The position numbers were made by a program, and so were the translations under genes. 64,000 nt of DNA from NCBI RefSeq assembly GCF_006345805.1, contig NC_042997.1, positions 163,990,001 to 164,054,000 on the forward strand. The letters are read 5' to 3'. This document shows, piece after piece, positions 40,575 to 50,594 of this stretch (position 1 is the first letter of the stretch; each line of letters begins with the position of its first letter). The notes under the pieces were generated by a model that did not search any database, had not been told where the DNA came from, and saw only the letters and a list, made by a program, of their open reading frames with translations. This DNA comes from Octopus sinensis (Eukaryota).

Positions 40575-40890
40575 TAAGTATCATCACCGTCATTTAACGC
40601 CTGCTTTCCATGCTGGCATGGGTTGGATGGTTTGAGTAAAATGCTGGCAAGTCAGAAGGCTGCACCAGGCTTCAATCTGAACTGGCAAAGTTTCTACAGC
40701 CGGATGCTCTTCCTAACGCCGACCGTTCCGAGAGTGTAGTTGATGCCTTTTACATACCACCAACATGAGGGCCAGTCAGGTGGTACTGGCATTGACCATA
40801 CTTGAATAGTGCTTTTTACATGCCACTGACACAGGAGCCAATCAGGTGATACTGGCATCGACCACACTTGGATGGTGCTTTTTATGTGCC
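40575..40890 (-). mobile_element. RTE 3'UTR copy with ~60-bp subrepeats
   Basis: CATCATCACCGTCATTTAACGCCTGCTTTCCATGCTGGCATGGGTTGGATGG...TTTTATGTGCCA. Confidence 0.8.
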
Positions 40891-40914
40891 AACACACATA
40901 CATGAACATAGAGA

Positions 40915-41770
40915 TAAAGACAGTTGACAAAGGCTTCAATTTTGCCATAACAGCTTGTTCAATTGTTTGAATAACCCATTAGGGCAAAACTTGTAGTCCC
41001 AGTCAACTCAAAATAATTGATGTGCATTGCAATGTTTTCTTGCTGTATGCCCATAGTAAGTTGCCAGGACATTGCATATATGTATGGCCTAAAATTTGTA
41101 AATCACATTGACCGTTAATAGATTCTCCATGGTTTTACATATTTGTGCCTTATTATTGATTTTTAGGTCTTTTATTTTAATGTTTTAAGTATAAATGCAT
41201 TTTGTGTTCCTGATTTTTTTTTTTTTGAGATTTTACTAATGTTTTTATCTATTCTATAGTTAGATGAAAACATTTTATTATAGATAATGGTTTCATCTAT
41301 TTTATAGTATTTTATCTATTCTGTAGTTGTACAACACTTTATGTGGTTTGCATATCTTTAACAGGCATAGTAGCTGAGATATTTACAGTGTTGAATTTGA
41401 ATTCTGTATTGCTGTGTAACTAGCTCTAATACATGTTGTTTATTAATGTTTTGTTTTATTCTATAGATTTCATTATCTAGTGATTTGTTTCGTATAAGAG
41501 AATCAAATTGCTCTTCTAAGTAGGGATTTTACTAATGATATTTTACATCTGTGTAGATATTCTGTCTCCATATGAGTACATGCATTCATCTGAATCTTTT
41601 GTGTAAATGGATGTCATATATTTCCTATTGTCTCTCTGAATATCTATGTCTAAAAACAGAGTCATTGTACTGCCAAGAGTTTTATTTGTATTTATGTATT
41701 TTAGTATGTTGTATTCTGGATTTGCATCTTCCAGTCTATACCTATTGTGACAAGTATACTGTCTGCACAC
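40915..41770 (-). mobile_element. Penelope-like element remnant (RT thumb plus GIY-YIG C-terminus)
   Basis: ORF 41543-41770 contains LFLDIDIQRDNRKYMTSIYTK (PLE LPFLD...T.VY.KPT). Downstream IEQAVMAKLKPL resembles the PLE GIY-YIG terminal E...I.KLKP.LN motif. Confidence 0.65.
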
Positions 41771-42654
41771 CTGGTGTATAGTATAAGTTTATGTCATGGT
41801 ACCACTTTGTTTTCTATTGTGGTCACACACACACACTCTCTCTCTCTCACACACACACACACCTATATGCACACTTATGATACAATATATAAAAAAAGCA
41901 GTCTACATAAAAAAAACATTAGTAAACAACATATTATACTCCACAACATTCCCTATAGAAATACATGATTAATGATAGCAGCAATATATATATATAGCAC
42001 AACACAATGCTAAACAAATATAAAATGCACTAACAACAATAAAAAACACCTGTTTCACTGATCACATAAACCCAATGTTCAAAATTTCAAACTTGGTGGT
42101 TGTCTACACCAGTCACATTGGATTTACCTATGATAAAGAGGTAGTAATGCAGGCCAACATGCAGAAGTCAAGACATTGAAGATTTACATAGGTATTTTAA
42201 TGTATGCCTAAAAGAAACGCTGTTCCCAATATTTACAAACATATATACATATTACACATGTACACGCACATATATGCATGTGTGTGTGTGTGTGTATGTG
42301 TGTGTGTGTAAACATAATGATGCAAAACATTTAAAGTTTCCACCAGTGTATGTATGTATACATATATATATATGTGCATGTGTGCATATGTGTGCACATG
42401 TGTGTATGTATGTATGTATGTATGTATGTATGTATGTATGTATGTATATTTTCTTATCTTGTATATATATATATATATATATATACAAGATAAGAAAATA
42501 TAACTCAGTCTACATATATACCCACATGGGTGTGATATTTTTATATGTATAGGAGTGTGAGTATATGCACTCATATGTATATATATATATGTTGTATCGT
42601 GGGTACGCACCCACACCCATGTGGGTATATATATAGACTGAGTTATATTACATA

Positions 42655-42781
42655 ATCTCCGAAGAGGCCTTGCGATATTTTTGTAAATGTCTCATTTAAA
42701 TCTATATATTGACCAACCATAAAGGGCTAATATTGGTAAAATGAGACATACTTATCGACATGGCCGAAACAGCTGTAAGAT
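42655..42781 (+). ncRNA. Type I hammerhead ribozyme-like motif with extended stem II (core variant U4C)
   Basis: ATCT (stem I) - CCGAAGA (42659-65) - GGCC...92 nt...GGCC (stem II) - GAAA (42766-69) - CAGCTG (palindromic stem III) - TA (GUA site; predicted cleavage after 42777) - AGAT (stem I). The insert is self-complementary: CGATA/TATCG and ATGTCTCATTT/AAATGAGACAT. Confidence 0.7.
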
Positions 42782-43198
42782 CTAATTTATACTTATATTT
42801 ATATTTACTTGTATTTATATTCCCTTTTATATATATTCTACTTATTATACAACATTACTCTTTTATGTACACTTTTTTATGTACATTCCTTTATGTACAC
42901 TGATTTGTCCTGCTTTTTATATTTAACCCCACAATCTCTTATGTGGTGGTTTAATAAAGTATGTGATTGAGTATTAACTGGTAATTGATATTTGATTTAG
43001 ATGTATTTCTCCATTTTTTTATCTTGTATTAGTAATTTGTGGTAAATCATTTTACCTTTGCCCATATAATACAGTAAATGAATTGATTGCATCGCAATCA
43101 TTAACATTTATGTATTAACTTTGTTGGGTACTTCACTAGCAGTATATTGGATATATGTTATCCCATAGAGGGTTGCATTTACAACCCCTATCTCAATT

Positions 43199-43249
<51 letters not shown>

Positions 43250-43730
43250 TGTGTGTGTGTGTGTGTATGCAAACACGTGTTTATTAGGCACAGGCATGGC
43301 TGTGTGGATATAGAGTTCACTTCATAAATACTTGGCTTCAGGTTCTATCCAACTGCATGGCATCTTAGGCTAATATCATATACTATAACTAAAGGGTGAC
43401 CTAGCACTTGTGAGGAAAATTACTCAGAAACTATATGGAAGCCTTTCAGAGAGTGTGTGTGTGTGTGTGCGCATGTTTGTGATTATGTTTGTATATGTGT
43501 ATGAAGGTCTACAATTCATGTCTTTGTATAATGCTATCAGCCCAAAATGGTGATGTCATATTTGTATTCTCTGTAAACAATACATTTTATAGTTTTATCT
43601 TTACTCAAACAACAGATAAGAGTTGATAATGGGAAGTGCATCAATGCATAAAATTCTGCCACAATAACTCTCCATCCAACCAATACCAACATGGTGAAAA
43701 AAATGGATATACAATGAACAAATGAACACT

Positions 43731-43783
<53 letters not shown>

Positions 43784-44133
43784 TTACATTTTGTGTATAC
43801 AGTCAGATGTGTGACTACTACTGTATGAGTTAGAGCTCCTCACAGGCTATCTTTATCCAGTCAGTTTTCCGCACAGTAGTTAGTCTATTGCTATACTTAG
43901 TAGTGTTATTAGCTATGATATGCAGAGCATATGTAAAAGAAAATAAAGATAAACATCAGTGTAAATATTCAGTTCCCACATACAACTAACTACCCATTGC
44001 AGTTAAATGGAACTCAACATTAGATGTCTCAAGTGCATTTTGATGCCTAACTGCAATGGATCATCATCAGAACACTTTATAGCCTTCTGTTAAAGAGATC
44101 TAAAACAGCTATTAGAGACCTAATACAGATATA

Positions 44134-44802
44134 CAGGGGTTGGACAAAGTAATGGAAACACCTTAAAATTTCAAACAAATTAATTTTAATATAAGATAGG
44201 ACCGCCTTTGGCAGTAATTACAGCTTGAATTCTATGAGGTATGGGCTCGTACAAAGATTGAATTATTTCCAAAGAAATTTTTGTCCGTTCTTCAGCTAAA
44301 ACAGTCTCCAGTTCTTGTAGTGATGATGGTGGAGGATATTGACTCTTTACTTGCTTTTCTAAAATGCACCATAAATGTTCAATAATATTGAGATCTGAGG
44401 ACTGTAGTAGCCAGATAAGATGTTCAACTTCACTAGAATGTTCCTCATGCCATTCAGTAGCAACTTTAGCTGTATGAATTGGTGCATTATCATCCTGAAA
44501 GATTACGTTTCCCTCCGAAAACAGTTCTGCAACCATAGGATGAGTTTGATCAGATAAAATGCTTAAACAGTCTTGACTATTAATTCTGCCATGAAGGGAA
44601 ACCATTGGGCTGGCAGATTTCCAAGATATACCCCCCCCCTCAGCTCATTACAGTTGGAAGAAGGCAGTCTGGGTCAAATATTTCTTATGGCTGTCCCCAC
44701 ACATATACTTGGCCAGTGGTTGGAAATAAGGTACAGGATGACTCATCCAAGAAAACAACATTCTTCCACTGCTCTAGGGATCAATTCTTTTTCTGATGAT
44801 AT
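44134..44802 (-). mobile_element. Internally deleted Tc1, same family as 19421-20689
   Basis: TA followed by TIR CAGGGGTTGGACAAAGTAATGGAAACACCT. ORF 44186-44605 contains FQDDNAPIH...SDLNIIEHLW...KGGPILY*. The sequence then jumps to the 5'UTR segment TTTTCTGATGATAT near 44790. Confidence 0.92.
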
Positions 44803-45950
44803 AAAATGTATCCGTGGAAAGTCATATTTAACACATGTAAGTGCAATTTCCTCAAAGGAAGGTCTTCTCACATCTGAATGCACTCAAATGTGTTAAATAT
44901 GACTTTAGAATATATATTCATGTACAACTGCATGGAATAGATAAAAATATTCAAAATATTTGGGGGTATGACAAATTGTGTAGGTTTTATTACAACAAAA
45001 GAAATGTAACAGATATGGAATTTGACACTGAGAACAAAATCTAGAATCAAAATGCTGCGTGTGTTCTTGACTAAAAGTAAAATTATTAGGCTTCAACAAT
45101 GAATGCCATATAATAAAAGTAACCTTTGATCTAATTTGTGGATAATTGGTATTTAGTGAAACGTGTAAATCAAACATTCACACTTGAAATAAATGTTCGG
45201 GTCCAACTGCAATGGTAAAATAGGAAAACAGCTTCTATCTAAAATCCATATCCTGCAACTTCTGTAAAGGAAATTTTTATGTTCCCTTCCTAAATCTTCA
45301 ATGTATGATTGATAATTAGATAAGATATATTGTACATGTTGCAATATACAGCACAATGTGATAAGTGCAACAGAAGTAAACTTGCCTGCTTCAAGTCAAA
45401 TCTGTGACCCACTTTTCATTACATTACATCCTACATTCTTACCTCTACATGCCATACATAGTATCCTTTTATTATTCTGCACAATGACATGAACTGGCTA
45501 ATGGTGTTAAGTTCCTGCCAAATCAATGCTTTACAGTATTTAGCTGCTTTAAAGTCTCTAATTTGGTATCTCCAGTTTTATGTTAAGATCACACCAAGGA
45601 TCCTTTGTCTTTCATTTCTCTAAAGTTACAAAAATATGAACGCATACACTGAAATAATATTACTTCACAAGATCCCATCATCATTATCAAAACTGACCTT
45701 CTGCCTCCTAGTAAAATAGTTATTGGCAGATTTCATTCATGTTCTTGCGAAAGTCATGAATGACATAATGTTTTATTTTCCTGTGTGTGATCACATGCCA
45801 AACGGAAGATATTTTCTATTATTATAAAAAAAGAAAAAAATTGAATGAATATGGCCATTGGTTAGGTATTGATCAATGGCGAATAATAATATTAAGGATG
45901 ATGTGAAGCAGAAATAAAGTAAACACAAAGTTAAAACAAAACAGAAAATA

Positions 45951-46088
45951 AAAGGAAATGATCAAGAAGTGATATATAAAATATATAAAAGAATATAAGG
46001 AAATGATGAATATATATATATATATATATATATTCATCATTTCCTTATATTCTTTTATATATTTTATATATCACTTCTTGATCATTTC

Positions 46089-46092
<4 letters not shown>
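45951..46092. repeat. Perfect 142-bp palindrome centred on (TA)11
   Basis: 45951-46010 is the exact reverse complement of 46033-46092 (checked base by base). The centre is 22 nt of TA. Confidence 0.95.
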
Positions 46093-46125
<33 letters not shown>

Positions 46126-46228
46126 CCGGAGTAAACACATAAATGTGAAACAAGGTGGAAAAAAAGTACTCAAATACCAGTGGTAGAGTAATATGCTTTA
46201 TTTTAAGCAGCAGAAAATTCAACAAAAT

Positions 46229-46266
46229 CTGTTACTCTGAGTTTCTCGTTGCTGTTCATCAGACAG
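46229..46266 (-). ncRNA. Minimal type I hammerhead ribozyme (canonical core, decayed stem II)
   Basis: Minus strand: CTGT - CTGATGA - ACA GCAA CGA - GAAA - CTC A GAG - TA - ACAG. Stems I and III pair, and the GUA site predicts cleavage between 46233 and 46232. Stem II is two substitutions from ACG-GCAA-CGT. Confidence 0.8.
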
Positions 46267-46392
46267 TTTTTGCTAGAATATGTATGTATATATGTATATA
46301 TATGTATATATATATATGTATGTATATATATGTATATATATATATACACACATATCATCATCGTTTAATGCTGGATATATGCATGTGTATAT

Positions 46393-46439
<47 letters not shown>

Positions 46440-46443
<4 letters not shown>

Positions 46444-47213
46444 GACCTAAGGAGCATCAGTTGTGGTGTGCAAGAGAGACGATTGCGCTGGCAGTGGAGG
46501 GAACCCGTGGAAGAGGTAGACCCAGGAAAACTTGGGACGAGGTGGTGAAGCACGACCTTCGAACTTTAGGTCTCACTGAGGAAATGACCAGCGACCGAGA
46601 CCTTTGGAAATATGCTGTGCGTGAAAAGACCAGGCAGGACAAGTGAGTCCAGCCCACTTATGCATGCCTTTCCTCCCTTGGACACACAAAGACCTGTTGA
46701 GGCAAGCGAAGTCGATATCGAACCTCATCCGACGACAGGCACCTGTTGGGGCAAGTGAAATCGGAATCGAAATTGAACCAATCCTATGACTGGCACCCGG
46801 CAGATGCCAGGACCCCTGGACTGGAGATACGTAAAAAGCACTATCCGAATCGTGGCTGATGCCAGCCCCGCCTCGACTGGCTTCCGTGTCGGTGGCACGT
46901 AAAAAGCACCATCCGAATTGTGGCCGAAGCCAGTGCCGCCTCGACTGGCTTCCGTGCAGGTGGCACGTAAAATGCACCAATCCGACCATGGTCGATGCCA
47001 GCCTCGCCTGGTACCAGTGCAGGTGGCACGTAAAAAGCACCCACTACACTCACAGAGTGGTTGGCGTTAGGAAGGGCATCCAGCTGTAGAAACATTGCCA
47101 GATAAGACCGGAACCTGGTGCAGCCTTCTGGCGTACCAGATCCCCGGTCGAACCGTCCAACCCATGCTAGCATGGAGAACGGACGTTAAACGATGATGAT
47201 GATGATGATGATA
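46440..47213 (+). mobile_element. RTE LINE 3' end (ORF C-terminus, repeat-containing 3'UTR, (GAT)n tail)
   Basis: Encodes LAVEGTRGRGRPRKTWDEVVKHDLRTLGLTEEMTSDRDLWKYAVREKTRQDK* (RTE C-terminus), then ~60-bp subrepeats and ...GGACGTTAAACGATGATGATG. The 5' end abuts (TA)n. Confidence 0.92.
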
Positions 47214-47219
47214 TAGTTG

Positions 47220-49530
47220 GAATTTACAAAAAAAAAAATAAAAAACAAAGATGGATATGTAAACAACAAACCGATGTATTAGTTTAAAGCTTGGGAAGTG
47301 AGCAAGTCTTTCACGTTTTGAGCCTACACCCTTCAACAGAAAGGAACACAGAAATAAAGAGAGAGAAAAAAAAGTTAAGTGGCTTGTGATCAATCATGGC
47401 AAATGCTGGACAGAGGTGGTCAGACAGGAGAGCTAGGAAGAAGGGGAGATAATAAAGTAGTGGTGATCCCAAAATGAAGGTGCACATGCATGTGAGAGAG
47501 TGTGTGTGTGTACATGTGGATAGGGGCTGGTGACCTTGATGTGTGCATGTGTTCATTTGTAGGTGTGTGGATGATGGTATGGGTAGTGGGAAGTAGTCAG
47601 TGCTAGTGTGTTGGGTGGTGTGGTGTGGTATGGTAGTGTGGTGGTGTTTAGTGTGGTGGTGTTGGGGTGTGGGGGAAGAGGGGGATGCAAGGGTGGGGTG
47701 AGTGTGGGGTAAGGTGGGGCATGTAGGAGTGGGGTATGTGGGTAGGGGCGGGGTATGTGGGAGTGGAATGTGTGTAATGGGGCGGGAGTGGGATGAGATG
47801 TATAGGGATGGTGGGGTTGGAATGTATAGGGGTGGGTAACAACAGAGGGGTGACGATGAAGGGAGAGGGTGGAAGGGAGAATGTGGGTAGGAGTGAAGAG
47901 AGGAAGTAAGTGTCAGAGCAAGAGAGAAGAGAAGTAGGTGAGAATGAAGGAAGGAAGTACATGTGAGAGGAAGAGAACAGAGAGGAGGGGGTTAGATGAA
48001 GAGGGGAGGTGAGTTGAGCCCATGTGGTGCAAAGGAGTGAAGAGAGAAGATTAATTTCTGTTTACAGCAAAGATGGGAGTCCGGATGGACTCTGTGCAAG
48101 GACAATCTGAACACAGACAGGTGTTGTAAAGAATGACCAGTAGAGCAGAAATGACACTAGACTGGGGTGTCATTGCCAAGGTAGCGATGGTGTACATGAA
48201 GCCCCTCGTGGTGAGGGATCACCGGTATAGGCTCTTGATGTTGAGTGAAGAGAAGTTTAGAAGAGCCAGGAGGGAAGGAGAAAGAGTTGAACAGATGAAG
48301 AGCATAGTTAGTGTCATGGATGTGAGAGGGGACAGAAACCACTAAGGGAGGGTGCAAGGAGACGGTCAAGATATCTGGAGATGAGTTTGGTGGGGCAGTT
48401 GCAGGCGGAGACAATGGGGCATCCAGGGTTGTCAGGTTTGTGAATTTTTGGGATGAAGTAAATTGTGGGGATGCAAGGGGTGTGGACAATGAGGTTGGAG
48501 GCGGTGGGGGGAGAAGGGAGGAGGAGATGACGTCTGGATAGTAGAGAACACCATCTATTGGTAGCTGGATGTGGGGTTGGAGGGCAGAGGGCAGTAGAAG
48601 GAAGTGTCTTGAAGGTGTCGGAGAGCTTTGGCCTTGTAGAGGTCTGCACACCACACCACCACGGCTCCACACTTGTCAGCCAGTTTTATGATGATGTTTT
48701 TGCGGTGTTGGAGACATTAAATGGCCAAGAGTTTGGCTGGAGAGATGTTCAGATGTCGGGGACGCCTGGAAAAGTCAAACGCCCGCAAAAAGGTTGACTG
48801 CTGGGAACTGGCCAGAAGCTGGTGTCTACTGAGATGGTTGGCGGCCCAGGTTGGTGAAGCAATCCTCCTCATTAGAGGCAGGTGGAGTGTCGCAGAATAG
48901 CACACACAACCTAACATGGCGCACAAAGTTGTGGATATCAGCACGAGTCCGAAATTCGTTGTTGGAAGGAGTGAGGGGGATGAAGGGCAGGCCCCTACTG
49001 AGGAGGGAGTGCTCCGCCTCAGAGAGGGGAAGATCTGGAGAAATAGTAGCAACAGACTGAAGTGGAGAAGGGGTGGATGGGACCGAAGAGGTGGGTAGTG
49101 GACGGCTAGGAGGGAAGGGATGAGGGGTAGGTGTGCGTGGGGGGGTCAGAGTGATGGGGTTGGTGAGGGTGGGGGAGCATATCAGGGAGGGAGGAGGCTG
49201 GGGAGTAGTTGGGATAGTGGCATCGGGTGTGATAGAATGGAGGAGTGAGTGGAGTTTACATTGTTTGGTGTGAGCAAGAAATTCATGAAAGAGATTATTT
49301 AAATGGATTATGTAAAGTAAAGTGGAGTTTGTATGGGAGGGCAATTGAGAGGAGAAGACGGAAAAAGCAAGAGGGAGAAGCCAGTCGATGGTGTGCATTT
49401 TGGAGAGATTAGAACAAACAGTGGAGTGCATAAGATAGTAGGAAAGGGTGGAAATGGAGGCGGAAACCTTTAGGGATGAGGCAGTGATGAAGGCAGTGAC
49501 TGAGAAAGGAAACGTGGCTAGAGAAGCTAT
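47220..49530 (-). mobile_element. Penelope-like element: N-terminal ORF and RT start, RT core and GIY-YIG missing, terminal pLTR-like segment
   Basis: Frames give EAEHSLLSRGLPFIP...RADIHNFVRHVRL, then YFIPKIHKPDNPGCPIVSACNCPTKLISRYLD and SHIHDTNYAL...LLFT...VIPHHEGL, which are PLE RT N-terminal motifs. 47220-47560 carries a hammerhead-like motif. Confidence 0.85.
47308..47343 (-). ncRNA. Decayed minimal hammerhead-like motif at the PLE 3' end (predicted inactive)
   Basis: Minus strand: CTTT - CTGTTGA - A - GGGT GTAG GCTC - AAAA - CG - TG - AAAG. A6 is T, G12 is A (CpG decay), and the cleavage triplet is GUG. Confidence 0.55.
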
Positions 49531-49587
49531 ATATATATAAATAGATGAGTGTCTTTTTCCCTTGTTAACATATATATTAATATATAT

Positions 49588-49830
49588 CATCATCATCATC
49601 ATTTAGCGTCCGCTTTCCATGCTAGCATGGGTTGGACGGGTCAACTGGGGTCTGTGAAGCTGGAAGGCTTCGTCAGGCCCAGTCAGATCTGGCAGTGTTT
49701 CTACGGCTGGATGCCCTTCCTAACGCCAACCACTCCACGAGTGTAGTGGGTGTTTTTTACGTGCCACCTGCACAGGTGCCAGACAGAGCTGGCAAACGGC
49801 CATGAACGGATGGTGCTTTTACGTGTCACC
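49588..49830 (-). mobile_element. Young RTE 3'UTR tail copy flanked by TA-rich sequence
   Basis: (CAT)n TTAGCGTCCGCTTTCCATGCTAGCATGGGTTGGACGG...TTTTACGTGCCACC, with CpGs intact. Confidence 0.88.
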
Positions 49831-49950
49831 ATATATATGTGTGTGTGTGTATATATACTTATAATTATTAATATTTGAGGGAATAAAATCCAAAACTTAC
49901 AAGGAAAAAAATTCAATTTAGAAATACTAAATCAAATTTCACACAATATA

Positions 49951-50324
49951 ATATATATATAAAAAATTAGAAAACACCCACCTTTTATCAATTCAAAATG
50001 AACAATTAAATTACCCCATCTAGAAAATTACATATAATAGAAATATTAACATTAAAATGACAATAAAATGTCAATGATTAAGTAAATTGCAAAAAAATAA
50101 TAATAATAATAACATATATATATATATACGTATATATACAATTTATATACGTTATTATTATTATTATAATTATAATTATTTTTTTGAAATTTACTTAATC
50201 ATTGACATTTTATTGTCATTTTAATGTTAATATTTCTATTATATGTAATTTTCTAGATGGTGTAATTTAATTGTTCATTTTGAATTGATAAAAGGTGGGT
50301 TTTTTCTAATTTTTTATATATATA
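49951..50324. repeat. AT-rich inverted repeat (~160-bp arms, ~40-bp spacer)
   Basis: AAAAAATTAGAAAACACCCACCTTTTATCAATTC... pairs with ...GAATTGATAAAAGGTGGGTTTTTTCTAATTTTTT, with a few mismatches and indels. Confidence 0.85.
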
Positions 50325-50486
50325 CATATATAAATACATACATATATATATACAATGTATATATATATATATATATGTATATATATAAATATACATATAT
50401 ATATACAATGTATATATATGTATATATACATGTATACATATATATATATATATATATATATAATATACATATATATACAATGTATA

Positions 50487-50521
<35 letters not shown>

Positions 50522-50594
50522 ACATACATACATATATACACAATATATTATTTGCAATGTTTATATATATATATATATATATATACAAGATATC

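Noticed and set aside
44792-44825. CTGATGA...GAAA near the deleted Tc1 end
   Set aside because: There are no consistent stems, and the CTGATGA is Tc1 5'UTR sequence.
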